The notes: generated by a model from the sequence alone, not told the origin. A stretch of 64,000 bases of DNA from Nitrospirota bacterium (GCA_963749655.1 CAVVOB010000022.1:32001-96000), one strand, 5' to 3'; shown: positions 19,951 to 30,274, counted from the stretch's first letter. Numbers and translations: made by a program.

Positions 19951-20295
19951 CTATTTCCACGAATCCGGCTCTTTTGCCGGGGCACGGGCACCCGATCCTT
20001 CCTCGCCTGATCCCGCTGATCCTTTGTCAACCGGCTGTCTATTCTGGTCGCTGTCGCTCTTCAGCGTGTCTGGTTCTTTGCTTGCGCCGCCGGCAGCGGA
20101 GCCTTCGCTTCCTGATCCTGCAGGCATCTGGTTGACCGTCGCCCGGTCCTGATCCATCTCGCTGTGAGAGATATCGTCATTGGTGATCATCTTGTCGTCC
20201 GGGTAGTCCGTTCCGGCATGGCTGACTTTTGCATATGCCAGGCCCAAGGCGGCTATCAAAGAAATCCCTGCCGCCACTGTAAGGAGCTTTTTCAT
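19951..20295 (-). CDS. Small secreted hypothetical protein
   Basis: Signal peptide MKKLLTVAAG; GAGG RBS; EGSAAGG motif. Confidence 0.7.
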   Translation of the reverse strand: MKKLLTVAAGISLIAALGLAYAKVSHAGTDYPDDKMITNDDISHSEMDQDRATVNQMPAGSGSEGSAAGGASKEPDTLKSDSDQNRQPVDKGSAGSGEEGSGARAPAKEPDSWK

Positions 20296-20466
20296 TCTGA
20301 TCGCCTCTTTTCTTCGTCAAAATTTATTTGTTATATAGTCACTATATCGCCGCTGGTTTCTTTGTCAAGGAACGTGCGCAATTCGTGCGGCACCGTCATA
20401 CTAGGTTATTACACGGAAGGAGTGCCCTGGAGGAAGTAAGAATATTGACGTATATTCCAGATCGTA

Positions 20467-20922
20467 CTAGAACATTCCGTTCGCATTGGCCGGTTTCTCG
20501 ACGATGTCCTCGTGCACGTCCCAATGCTCCACGATCTTTCCGCCCTGAAGCCGGAAGATGTCAACGACGGCAATACCGCGCGTCCCGGGCACCCGGACGG
20601 CATGAACGTGGAGTATCACGTAGTCGCCGTCGGCAAAGACCTTCTTGATCTCACTGCGTGAATCAGGGAACTTTTCGCGCAGGAAAGCCAGAAATTTCCG
20701 AATGCCCTCGATTCCGTCAGCAGCCATCTGATTGTGCTGTATGTAGCGCGGCCCCAGATACTTCGCTGCGGCCGCGAAGTCCTTCTGATTGATTGCTTTT
20801 TCGTAAAACTCGAGGACGATCTTTTTGTTTTGCTCCTGCATTGATTCCGATGCCTTTACTACGCCGTCTCCCGCAAAGGTTACAACGCCAAGAGCTAATG
20901 CAATGATGGATAATTGTGACAT
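20467..20922 (-). CDS. SnoaL-like/NTF2 family protein, secreted
   Basis: NKKIVLEFY, YIQHN, ADGDYVILH, DIFRL..GKIVEHWD motifs; GAGGAG RBS. Confidence 0.88.
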   Translation of the reverse strand: MSQLSIIALALGVVTFAGDGVVKASESMQEQNKKIVLEFYEKAINQKDFAAAAKYLGPRYIQHNQMAADGIEGIRKFLAFLREKFPDSRSEIKKVFADGDYVILHVHAVRVPGTRGIAVVDIFRLQGGKIVEHWDVHEDIVEKPANANGMF

Positions 20923-21280
20923 GGTGTCTACGCTCCTCAACAGTCTGCTGTTCGTACGTGTTCATAATTCATACATAGCGCCGGGCTGTCACGCTGTCAA
21001 GACACGCCTGATTTGAATAGGGCTTCAGGGTAAACCCGGTTTCGTCAGGATAGGCATGTTTAGTGCTATTAAAGTCGTAGTGCCGGCCCCGGCCATGACC
21101 TCAAGCTTCACTTCCTCTGTCGGCACGACGGGCAAACCCGCTTACTTGACACCGTTAGGATGCGGTGATACCGTTTAAGAAAAGAAACCATCCCGAGAAC
21201 GCTGAACCTGCAGCAAGACAGGGAAACGATGGGTCTTCGATCAGGGCATCAGGCATGCCGTAGTGGCCAGGAGAAATGGT

Positions 21281-22243
21281 ATGAACAGCACACAACATGA
21301 TTTAATGCATCCGTCCGCTTTTCCTTTCCCGAGCCGTTTTGTGAATGTCGAGGGGTACAACATTCACTACGTGGAGCAAGGGGCGGGCTCACCGGTCATC
21401 TTTGTCCACGGAAATCCCACGTCATCCTATATCTGGCGGAACATCCTGCCCAAGGTCGCAGAGGACGGGAGGACACGGGGCATCGCTCTGGATCTGCTGG
21501 GATTCGGCAAGTCAGACAAACCGGATGATTTGCATTATTCCCTGCGATTCCATGCCGATGTCCTCGAGGGGTTCATTGAAAAACTCGGCTTGCGGGACAT
21601 CGTGCTCGTTCTGCACGACTGGGGAGGGCCGATCGGCATGTGGTATGCCGTTCATCATCCCGGCAATATCCGCGGCATTGCTCTCATGGAGACCTTTTTG
21701 TGGGAGCTCTCGTGGAAAGACTTCGGACCGGCCAAATTCCTGTTCAAGCTTTTTCGATCCCCCTTCGGGTTCTTCGCAATCCAGGTGCTGAACATGTTCG
21801 TAAACCGCGTGCTTCCCGCAGCGGTCCTGAAGAAGGAAAACATCACCGCCGATGTCCTTTATCGCTATCAGGAACCCTTCCCGACGATCCGTTCGCGCAG
21901 AGCGGTCCGGATATTTCCGCAGCTGCTGCCTATCGAGGGGGAACCGGCGGACAGCTGGCTCTTCATCAAAAGGCTGGAGGAGAAGATTTTCTCCATCACC
22001 TCGCCGGTCCTCTGGCTCAGGGCCGCACCGGGTGTGATCGTTTCGAAGCAGACGGAGTATCATCTCGAACAGCTGGGCCGCAGACTGCCCGGGCTGGAGG
22101 TTGAGGAGTTCGGTCCCGGCCTTCACTATCTCCAGGAAGACGATCCCGGCAGGATCGCCGATATGCTTTTGTCCTGGATGAGAAAACACAGAATGATCAG
22201 CGGCGCACGCCCGGTGGAGCAACAGTATCGACGCGTGGCATGA
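21281..22243 (+). CDS. Haloalkane dehalogenase-like alpha/beta hydrolase
   Basis: HGNPTSSYIWR, LHDWGG, LMET, GLHYLQED motifs. Confidence 0.85.
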   Translation: MNSTQHDLMHPSAFPFPSRFVNVEGYNIHYVEQGAGSPVIFVHGNPTSSYIWRNILPKVAEDGRTRGIALDLLGFGKSDKPDDLHYSLRFHADVLEGFIEKLGLRDIVLVLHDWGGPIGMWYAVHHPGNIRGIALMETFLWELSWKDFGPAKFLFKLFRSPFGFFAIQVLNMFVNRVLPAAVLKKENITADVLYRYQEPFPTIRSRRAVRIFPQLLPIEGEPADSWLFIKRLEEKIFSITSPVLWLRAAPGVIVSKQTEYHLEQLGRRLPGLEVEEFGPGLHYLQEDDPGRIADMLLSWMRKHRMISGARPVEQQYRRVA

Positions 22244-22290
22244 CGGGCTTGTCAGCGGAGATTCTCACAGGCCGGGAAGGATTTGTACCC

Positions 22291-22707
22291 GTGACAACGC
22301 CAGGCTGGCTCATACCTGCCCTCCTCGCCATGGTTTTGTGGGGGGTATGGGGGGTATTTCAGAAATTCGCCACGAACACGATGGCGCCGCAGAACGTCTA
22401 TTTCATCTCCGCTGTCGGGGCCTTTGCAGTGGTTCTGATGTTCCTGTCCACAGGGAGGTTCACGTTCCGCGCCGGCAATTTTGAAGGGGCGGTGTATGCT
22501 CTTATCGCGGGCATGTGCAGTTCCCTCGGCGGCATGCTCTTCCTCAGGTCGTTGAGCAGGGGGGAAGCCGCCATCGTGATCACGTTCACGGCACTCTATC
22601 CCGTTGTGACCATTATCCTCTCGTTCATTCTGCTCAGCGAAACGATCACCGTGAAGCAGGGCATCGGCATCGTGCTGGCCGTGCTCTCGATGGTTCTTCT
22701 GATCTGA
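22291..22707 (+). CDS. EamA/DMT family transporter
   Basis: About 5 TM helices; LYPVVTIILS..LLSE motif; start uncertain (22240 alternative). Confidence 0.8.
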   Translation: MTTPGWLIPALLAMVLWGVWGVFQKFATNTMAPQNVYFISAVGAFAVVLMFLSTGRFTFRAGNFEGAVYALIAGMCSSLGGMLFLRSLSRGEAAIVITFTALYPVVTIILSFILLSETITVKQGIGIVLAVLSMVLLI

Positions 22708-22902
22708 AGCAGGCGGGACGCCTCCTAAAGCAGCAGTCCGCCTTTTGCCTGCCGCAGTATCGTCCCTTCCACTGTTACGTTTCTCCGCATTTTAGGTCGT
22801 TTTTGACAGCCGCATGACGCAGTGGTATGCTGATGTCCAGGATGAAACAAGTCCCGATGCAGAAAGAGGGGCTGAAGGGATAGGCCCTGAAGGAGGTACA
22901 CT

Positions 22903-23169
22903 ATGAAATTTGTGATCGAAACTCCGCATACCCCGCAGGAATGTCTAAGGGCTCTCGATGAGCAGCTGGAAAAGGGGCCGGATGTGCTGAGGAAGTTCAA
23001 CTATGGTTGCAAAGCCGGTGATCACACCGGGTACGCAATTGCAGAGGTGAAGGACGAAAAGGAAGCACGGGACCTCATTCCGGGGTTCCTGCTGAATAAG
23101 GCGCGCATTATCGCTGTCGATGTTTTCACTCCTGAAGTGATCAAGTCACTGCATGCAAAGGCGGCATAG
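22903..23169 (+). CDS. Small conserved hypothetical protein (H/C-containing)
   Basis: AAGGAGG RBS; PHTPQEC and GCKAGDH motifs. Confidence 0.75.
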   Translation: MKFVIETPHTPQECLRALDEQLEKGPDVLRKFNYGCKAGDHTGYAIAEVKDEKEARDLIPGFLLNKARIIAVDVFTPEVIKSLHAKAA

Positions 23170-23266
23170 TATTCCGTACCAGCCTATAGCAGGACGACCA
23201 AAAGAAAATGACAGCACCGGACGGGATCTTTTCCCGTCCGGATTTTTGTCCCTCTTTGCCGCTGCC

Positions 23267-23806
23267 CTAGTCTCTTCCGCCCTGATCCCTGTCAGGGGAA
23301 TCGCCTTCGTCCCTCCTCCTCACATCCGGAGACAGCCTGATATAGGCGGTCACCTTTCCTTCTTTCAGCGTGTACGTGATGAGCAGAGGGTCTGTGGACC
23401 CGATGTCATAAGGCAGGTAGCCGGGCCGCATGTCGTAGCCGATAATGCCTCCGCGGTCGTCGACGATCCTGCGAACGCGCGTTTCGACGACGGTGTGAAA
23501 AGTGCACCGCAGGAACTTATTCGCCTTCGCGAGCGCCTCCTGTGCGGGTAAACCTCGTTGCACGGAGTACATGGACGGAAGGGAGAAAATATCGAGCGGA
23601 TAAGGACTGGGGTCATCGACGAGGATCGCGGCATTCTCAATGTCGTCCGGATACTTGCAGCCGTACAGCATCAGGGTGTACGAGCCTCCGATACCCGCCG
23701 GATCAGTTCCTTCCGTCACGAGCCGCTGTCCCGCAACACAGGATTGCGCGGACAGGGCCAGGAATATGAGCAGAGCAAATCCAATGCTGGCTTCCCGTTG
23801 TTTCAT
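23267..23806 (-). CDS. Hypothetical exported or lipoprotein
   Basis: GGAGGA RBS; hydrophobic leader ending QSC. Confidence 0.65.
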   Translation of the reverse strand: MKQREASIGFALLIFLALSAQSCVAGQRLVTEGTDPAGIGGSYTLMLYGCKYPDDIENAAILVDDPSPYPLDIFSLPSMYSVQRGLPAQEALAKANKFLRCTFHTVVETRVRRIVDDRGGIIGYDMRPGYLPYDIGSTDPLLITYTLKEGKVTAYIRLSPDVRRRDEGDSPDRDQGGRD

Positions 23807-23850
23807 GTTCGGGTCCTCCCACCGCAGGGGATCATTTCCGGTCCGCAATC

Positions 23851-24044
23851 CCGCGCCTTGGCATCCCCCGGCTCCTGCCGGGGGTGGAAAGCGCTCACTC
23901 GCGCGTGACACGAACGTGTCACGCATGCGCGAGTTCGCAGTTCCACCTGGCACGTGCATCCGCACTCGTAAACGCCGGGTGCAGGCGGGAGGTCGCGTTG
24001 TTCGAGGGAGCCTCCGGCTCCTGCCGGAGGGGGCTCCACTGCGG
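23851..24044. repeat. REP-like palindromic element, copy 2, with nested module
   Basis: Homologous to 9887-10038; contains an insert shared with 14005-14027. Confidence 0.85.
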
Positions 24045-24190
24045 TTATGCGCGACGACTACTTATTAGTATAACCCCGTCGGTAAAAAAAATCAGGCATC
24101 CTTGCCGCGAATCATTCGGAGGTTGTATAATACAACCAAGGGGTCGGCTGCTCCGAGAAAAAGCGGACAAGGGCGAGGATTGCGACCGTT

Positions 24191-24622
24191 ATGACATCAT
24201 GGGCTAAGTGGGCGAATAAACGGGTGCTCGTTGCAGACGATTCCCAGACGATGAGGATGCTGATCCTTTTTCACCTCATCAAGATGCTTCCCGGCGTGCA
24301 GATCGTGGAGGCGGTGAACGGCGCCCACGCGCTGGAAAAGCTGAAGATGCAGGAAGTGGACCTCATCCTGACCGACATGAACATGCCGGAAATGGACGGC
24401 GCCGGGCTTATCTGCGCAGTGCGTCAGGAATTGAACAGGGATACGCCGATCATCATTATCACCACGAGGGGCGAGCAGCGCGACCGGGAGCGCGGAATGG
24501 CGCTCGGCGCAAACGGCTACATCACGAAACCGATCGATATACGCCAGTTCCGTGAAACGATCCGGAGGTTCATCTTCAAGGCGGATACGGACAGCGCCGG
24601 CAGCGCAGAGGCTGGAGGGTGA
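24191..24622 (+). CDS. Single-domain response regulator (CheY-like)
   Basis: VLVADDS, LTDMNMPEMDG, ITT, YITKP motifs. Confidence 0.9.
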   Translation: MTSWAKWANKRVLVADDSQTMRMLILFHLIKMLPGVQIVEAVNGAHALEKLKMQEVDLILTDMNMPEMDGAGLICAVRQELNRDTPIIIITTRGEQRDRERGMALGANGYITKPIDIRQFRETIRRFIFKADTDSAGSAEAGG

Positions 24623-25035
24623 GGCGGCGTTTGCACCGGTCCGGCTGACGGCTGAAGGTCGCAGCCGATTCCCCCTCAGAACATTCCCTCAGTCAAAGAA
24701 AACTTCAATATTATCTTCTGCCCTTGCCCCCATTCCTTTGGTTCTTCTTCATGCTGTTTCCTTGCGCGACGGCCGAATAGAGGTGAAACGCACAATCGGG
24801 TCCGATCAGGCCGAGAGCGCCGCTGAGTGAAATCCGGACTTTTCCGCGCTGGATCATGCTTCGGTAGAGAAACCGGAGCCGGATTTCCTCGGATGCGCTG
24901 CCTGCCGGCACTGTGCCGGTTCTTTCCGATATGGGCAGCTTTGTTCTGCTCATGGTTATCATACTAATCCTGCCGAGGGTCTTCATCAACTGAAAATCAA
25001 TGTTTCCCGAAGAGAGCGGAAACCACGGAAATCCG

Positions 25036-25971
25036 CTATATTTTCAAAAAAGCGCTGAGCGCTGAAATGGCTTCTGTATACACGGTGTCCTGGGAGATGT
25101 CCTCCATCGATCCGGACGCGCCTGCCGAGACGACCGTGACACGGTTGCCCGCAGGCTTCCAGAGCTGCGGATCAGAGGGGCCGAAAAGGGCGATGACCGG
25201 GCGGCCAAGCGCTGCAGCCAGATGGGTCATGCCGGAATCATTCCCTACGTAGAGCGTGCAAAGAGACAAAAGAGCGGCGGCATCGATCAGCTTCATTGAG
25301 GCGGCATGGAGGGCAAGAGCATGGTCCTGCGCGAACAGGTCGAGCTCCTGCGTTGTGTCCGGGGATTCCGCGGGTCCGGAAAAGAGAATGATGAAGTTTT
25401 TTCCATCCCGGTGAATTTTGTGTGCAAGTTCGAGATAACGGTCCAGAAGCCAGCATTTTGACCGGCCGCCGCTGCCGGGATGGATGGCGAGCAGGCCTCT
25501 CCCTGTTGTCCATCCATGATGCCGAAGAAGGGCCGCTGCTGCGTCCAACCGCTCCCGTGACAGCTGCAGAGAAGAAAAGGCGGTTTCGCCAGGAAGATCG
25601 GCATTGAATTGAGTAAGCCGGTAGCGAGCCACAGGGATGCCTGCGCCGGAAGGGGGGGTCGTGCGGATCCTATGGGTGCGTGGAATTACCGACGCGATGT
25701 CGAGCTCTGCGCCTGAGGTGAAGACAAAGGCGCGGTCGAATCCTTCGAGAAATGTGCGCGCACACTCGTCGACACGGGCATAAAAGGAAGTGAAGCGGGC
25801 GCTGTCCGCAGAGGAAGCTTCATCAACAACCCCGGCATCGCGCAGAAATTCGGCCACATCACTGCGGCCGATGAAGTGGAGGTGCGAGGCATCCTCCCTG
25901 ATGATCCGAAAACAAGGCAGCGACAGGAGAACATCGCCGAGCGCCCCGGGGTGGTGGATGAGCGTTTTCAT
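25036..25971 (-). CDS. Glycosyltransferase family 9 (heptosyltransferase-like)
   Basis: GALGDV, IHPGSG..KCW, GNDSGMTHLAAA, LFGPS motifs. Confidence 0.88.
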   Translation of the reverse strand: MKTLIHHPGALGDVLLSLPCFRIIREDASHLHFIGRSDVAEFLRDAGVVDEASSADSARFTSFYARVDECARTFLEGFDRAFVFTSGAELDIASVIPRTHRIRTTPPSGAGIPVARYRLTQFNADLPGETAFSSLQLSRERLDAAAALLRHHGWTTGRGLLAIHPGSGGRSKCWLLDRYLELAHKIHRDGKNFIILFSGPAESPDTTQELDLFAQDHALALHAASMKLIDAAALLSLCTLYVGNDSGMTHLAAALGRPVIALFGPSDPQLWKPAGNRVTVVSAGASGSMEDISQDTVYTEAISALSAFLKI

Positions 25972-26275
25972 CGAGGCATCCTCAGATTTCGTCGGGGGCA
26001 ACGTTTACCGTTTCAATACGGAGCATGTCCGCAGACTCCGCGTGATTTGGTTTGCTTCCCGCGGCAGTGAGCGCTGCGGAACCGGTGATGCGGCTGCCAT
26101 GATATGCTCCTCTCTAAGATTGCGGTCCTCATCTTGCCGGATTATAACAGACAAGAGCACCCGTTTTCCAGTATGACAGGGTTGATGAAAGGAGGGGAAG
26201 GGGATATAATGATGAAGCATCAGCTTTATATACTACTTTATATACTACGGGATGACAGGAAGAGGAGGGTGGTTC

Positions 26276-26827
26276 ATGCCGAAAGTTGCCGTTATTCTTG
26301 CCGATGGATTTGAGGAAGTGGAGGCCGTTGCAGTCATTGATGTGCTGCGCAGGGCCGGGATCGAGACGGTCATTGCAGGGCTCCATGCCGGGCCCGTCTC
26401 AAGCGCGCGGAACGTGAAGATCGTTCCCGACGCGGTGATCGACGCGGTGAAGGTCGACGATTTCGATATGATCATCCTGCCCGGCGGCCAGCCGGGTTCA
26501 GACAACCTGAATGCCGATGAGCGCGTGAAAGACCTTATCAAGGGATTTTCTCAGAAAGGCAAACTCACCGCCGCCATATGCGCCGCTCCTTTTGTTCTTG
26601 CGAACGCGGGAGTCCTGAAGGGCAAGCGTGTGACATCCTACCCGTCATACAAGGACCGGTTGGGAGGCGCAACCTACGAGGAGAAGTCCGTGGTCGTCGA
26701 CGGCACGGTGCTTACCAGCAGGGGCGCGGGCACGGCTCTCCATTTCGGCCTTGCCATTGTCGAAAAGCTCATCAACAAGGAAAAGGCGCAGAAGATTAAA
26801 GAGGCAATGCTGATAGCCAACGACTGA
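26276..26827 (+). CDS. yajL: DJ-1/PfpI family protein (YajL/ThiJ-like)
   Basis: GFEEVEA, LPGG, AAICAAP, TSRGAGT motifs. Confidence 0.88.
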   Translation: MPKVAVILADGFEEVEAVAVIDVLRRAGIETVIAGLHAGPVSSARNVKIVPDAVIDAVKVDDFDMIILPGGQPGSDNLNADERVKDLIKGFSQKGKLTAAICAAPFVLANAGVLKGKRVTSYPSYKDRLGGATYEEKSVVVDGTVLTSRGAGTALHFGLAIVEKLINKEKAQKIKEAMLIAND

Positions 26828-26861
26828 TTCTGACGGCAAACTTTTCTCCCGGGGGCCGAGT

Positions 26862-27975
26862 ATGAACCTAAGAACAGTGTTCGGAACCTTTATTTCGGCA
26901 GCAGCGCTGAGCTCAGTTCTTGTCATCGCACTGCACTGCATCGTCCTGGCCGGATCCGGTGAGGTCCGGTCCGGCGGGTCTTTTAACGTCGGCTATACCG
27001 TCCTCGATTTTCCCCATCACTCCGGCAAACAGAACAAGACGTTGACCGTGGCCGTTTGGTATCCGACAGAGTCAGCCCCGGCACACCATGATTACGGCGG
27101 AAAGGCCAAAGGCATTGTTGCTCTCAATGCGCCGCCCTACCAGGCCGGAGGCCCCTATCCCTTTCTCCTCTTTTCCCACGGCTTCGGAGGCAGCGGGCTT
27201 GCGCACCGGTTTTTGGCGGAAAAACTCGCAGCCCGGGGCTGGATAGTCGCCGCGCCTGACCACGGGGACAGGTATTCCGCTTTCCGCATTCGCACCGGCC
27301 CGAACAATGATCTGGACCGCCCGGGCTTCCTGATCGAGGCGAGGAAAATAGGCCTGTCGGGCCCGGACCAGCGGGGAAAGTATGAGTACCGGCTTGATGA
27401 ATTAAAAGCCGTGCTTGACGGGATGCTTGAATCGTCGCCATTCAAGATGCTGATCAACAGGAACCAGATCGCCGTGGGCGGACATTCCCTGGGCGGCTTC
27501 ACTGCGTTGGGATTGTGCGGGCCTGTCGAGGAGAGGCGGGACGCCCGCATCAAGGCGGTGCTCCTGTTCTCCACGGGAGCAGGGGGATACCTCTTCCGCG
27601 AAAACGAGCTGGACCGCCTGAAGATCCCTTACCTGTATTTTCTGGGAGAACGCGAGGAGGGGCAGAAGCGGGGAGATAGAACCATGAAGGAACTGGCCGA
27701 GAAGGTCTTCCTCCGCGCCGCACCGCCGAAGTATCTCGTGGTGCTGAAAGGCGGCGGTCATTTTTCATTCAATGAAGCGCTTATCGGACAGGCCGGGCTC
27801 GGACGTTTTTGGGGGCAGTGAACAACAGTTTGAGGTGATCCGGCGATACTCCATTGCGTTCCTGGAAAAATACGTCGCCGGTAAGGACGACCTCTCCGGG
27901 ATCCTGGAACATCAGGATCCGCTCGTGACACGCATTATCAGTGAAACCAGCAGTGGCGTTCCGGGAAAAAACTGA
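26862..27975 (+). CDS. Secreted alpha/beta hydrolase (dienelactone hydrolase-like), frameshift near 27780-27810
   Basis: VWYP, FSHGFGG, GHSLGG, GGHFSF motifs; C-terminus continues in ORF 27772-27975. Confidence 0.8.
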
Positions 27976-28055
27976 AAGGGCGACACTTACTAATAAACCT
28001 TTATCCGCAGATTTCGCCGATGGACGCAGATGAAGGCTACAAGAAAACCAAACAG

Positions 28056-29430
28056 CATTGCTGTCCAAGATAATCTGATTTCCTGAAGCTCACCCCTACC
28101 AATCAAGGCTTTTAGACAGGTAATTCCATCATCTCGGATTCAGGTTCTTTGTTCTGCTGTCCAATTACCGATAGCTCATTACCAGTTGTTCTGCCGACGG
28201 TACAATCGGCGGTGTTTCAAACGGATTATCCAGCCATGTCCATAAATCTCGATACGTGAACAGGTTATACCGGAGCATGGCAACCAAATTCGACAACGAC
28301 CAGCCGAGTGTGGAACGGAACTTCAAGTACTTCAACACCAGGATTGCGATTAATGCTGTCCAAATCTGGGTCAGCAAAGCATTCCGGCTCGTTCCCACAA
28401 ACGTCTTGATCTTCAGATTCTGCTTGATCGTCTTGAAAAATATCTCAATCTGCCAACGGTCTTTATATATGCTCGCGATGGTCGTAGCGCCAAAAGTGAG
28501 ATGATTTGTCCACAGAACAATCACCCGCTCATTGTCTGCGTCCCATACTTCTACCCGCCGCAGGATATATGGGCATTTCCTGATTGAGTAATGGCCTGTC
28601 AGCTCAATGAGCTGGTCTTTAATGATGTTTCTGTTGTCGGGTACCGCTCTCTTTTCGATCACCTTGAAAGCGGCGTTATCCTTCTCTCTCGTTACAAAAA
28701 AAATTCCGGCCTCGGTCCATCGGGCAAACTGCTCATAGTCCACATAACCCCGATCAATTGCCAGGATGGAGCCTTTGGGGAACGTGAGCGTATGCGCGAT
28801 GTTCACTTCATGCACATTCCCCTCGGTCATACTGCAGAAGACCGGAAGATAGCCGTCGTGGTCCAACAGCAGGTGAAGCTTGATAGCTCCTTTTTTCTGC
28901 CGATACTTTGCCCAGTCAAACAAAGTGATGCAAAGTTCTATCAGCGTGGCATCGAGGCTGAACAGCTTGTTCTTGAACCGAAACGGCTTCTTGCCGTGTG
29001 CCAGAACCCGGCACTTGGCCAGGAGCTGATAAAAGACCTTCTGGTACAGCTGCCACGGCCGATGCTCGTTGGCATAGGCCAGTGTGGAACGTTTGGGCGC
29101 TACATCTATCCCGAGGTGCTTAAGCTTGCCTAGGCATGTCGCCAATCCGCCGCAAATCTCCCGCAGCGAGTGTGCTTGTCCCAACTGACAGAACACCATT
29201 GCAACGAACTGACCCCAGCAACTGAACCCTTTTACGCCTCTTTCTGCCCGTGTTTCCCGCACCGCTCTCACAAAATCCTGCTGCGAAAATATATCTAGAA
29301 TCTGTCCGAAAATGCTGTTAAACTTGTTCACGGGGATGTCCTCCTTCGGATATTTTGGTCTTCGACAAACCTACTTTATCCGATTGAGGCTTCCCCTGCA
29401 ATTACTCAAATCCTATCTTGGACGGGTCTG
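28056..29430 (-). mobile_element. IS4-family insertion sequence (1375 bp)
   Basis: Terminal inverted repeats CATTGCTGTCCAAGATA / CAGACCCGTCCAAGATA; 9 bp TSD ACCAAACAG at 28047-28055 and 29431-29439. Confidence 0.9.
28165..29331 (-). CDS. IS4-family transposase (DUF4372 + DDE)
   Basis: LDAT, DRGY, YKDRWQIEIFFK (YREK) motifs; SLREIC N-terminal region. Confidence 0.93.
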   Translation of the reverse strand: MNKFNSIFGQILDIFSQQDFVRAVRETRAERGVKGFSCWGQFVAMVFCQLGQAHSLREICGGLATCLGKLKHLGIDVAPKRSTLAYANEHRPWQLYQKVFYQLLAKCRVLAHGKKPFRFKNKLFSLDATLIELCITLFDWAKYRQKKGAIKLHLLLDHDGYLPVFCSMTEGNVHEVNIAHTLTFPKGSILAIDRGYVDYEQFARWTEAGIFFVTREKDNAAFKVIEKRAVPDNRNIIKDQLIELTGHYSIRKCPYILRRVEVWDADNERVIVLWTNHLTFGATTIASIYKDRWQIEIFFKTIKQNLKIKTFVGTSRNALLTQIWTALIAILVLKYLKFRSTLGWSLSNLVAMLRYNLFTYRDLWTWLDNPFETPPIVPSAEQLVMSYR

Positions 29431-29572
29431 ACCAAACAGCTTCTTTGAATTTGGAGATTCCTTCCTGCTTACCCAAGTGTTGCACTTCACAATTGAACTT
29501 GCGACTTTCTGCGAAATCTGCGAATAAAGGTCCCGCTTTGCTGCTTTGGATCGGCATCAAACCGGTCAAGCG

Positions 29573-30220
29573 TCATTTCTTTTGCACAGGCAGCCGAATT
29601 TCAAACCTGCAGTTTGGATGTTCCCCATGGTCGCAATGCTCGGTGACCGGCAGTCCGGTCAGATCCTTCAGCAGCGTTTCCATCGCTATGCAGGAACGGG
29701 CGTCGGCGCTCACGGCTTCGGCGATCGGACATCCAAAGCTGCTGACGACGAGCTTCCCCTTTTCCTCGGTGACCTCAGCCGCTGACCCCAGTATCTTGAG
29801 AAACCCGAGGGCGGATTTGACCCGCTCCCGGGGATTGCCCGAGGGGCGGGGCACTGAGTTCGCGAGCCGCTGCCCCAGTTCCCGCATCACCGTGCGGAAT
29901 TCGCTCTCATCGAGCTTTTGCGACAGCACGCCGACCAGGTGCGAGAGAATGACGGGGTACGCCTTGGAGAAATGCACGTCTGCGCCGGGCCTGACGCCGT
30001 AAACCGCGGCCGGTCTGCGCGTTCCCTTCACCGCGCCGCGGACCTCCACCATCCCCTCCCGCTGAAGAAGGGCGATCTGCGCCCGCACGGCGTTTTTCGT
30101 GACGCCGAGTTTCTCCGCGAGCGATTCAACGGTGTCTCCGCCCTTGAGCAGCAGCTTGACAATCCGCTCCCGCGCCCCTGCAGGCTTTTCCGTTCCGGCA
30201 TTCAAGGAAGACAGGACCAT
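29573..30220 (-). CDS. ArsR/SufR-like HTH transcriptional regulator with C-terminal Cys cluster
   Basis: HTH LAEKLGVTKNAVR; GCPI, C, HC...C residues. Confidence 0.8.
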   Translation of the reverse strand: MVLSSLNAGTEKPAGARERIVKLLLKGGDTVESLAEKLGVTKNAVRAQIALLQREGMVEVRGAVKGTRRPAAVYGVRPGADVHFSKAYPVILSHLVGVLSQKLDESEFRTVMRELGQRLANSVPRPSGNPRERVKSALGFLKILGSAAEVTEEKGKLVVSSFGCPIAEAVSADARSCIAMETLLKDLTGLPVTEHCDHGEHPNCRFEIRLPVQKK

Positions 30221-30274
30221 AGTAATTCTCCTTTTCTATTTTCACTATACGGCACCCCGGGTAAATTGTCAAAT

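Noticed and set aside
21070-21260. Second GEMM riboswitch suggested by GGGCAAACCC
   Set aside because: No GNRA-capped P2, GACGCAAAG junction or 3' consensus follows.
24711-24989. 92 aa minus-strand ORF
   Set aside because: No recognisable motif or clear RBS.
26224-26248. 12 bp tandem duplication CTTTATATACTA upstream of yajL
   Set aside because: Only two copies; could be a slippage event, with no supportable function.
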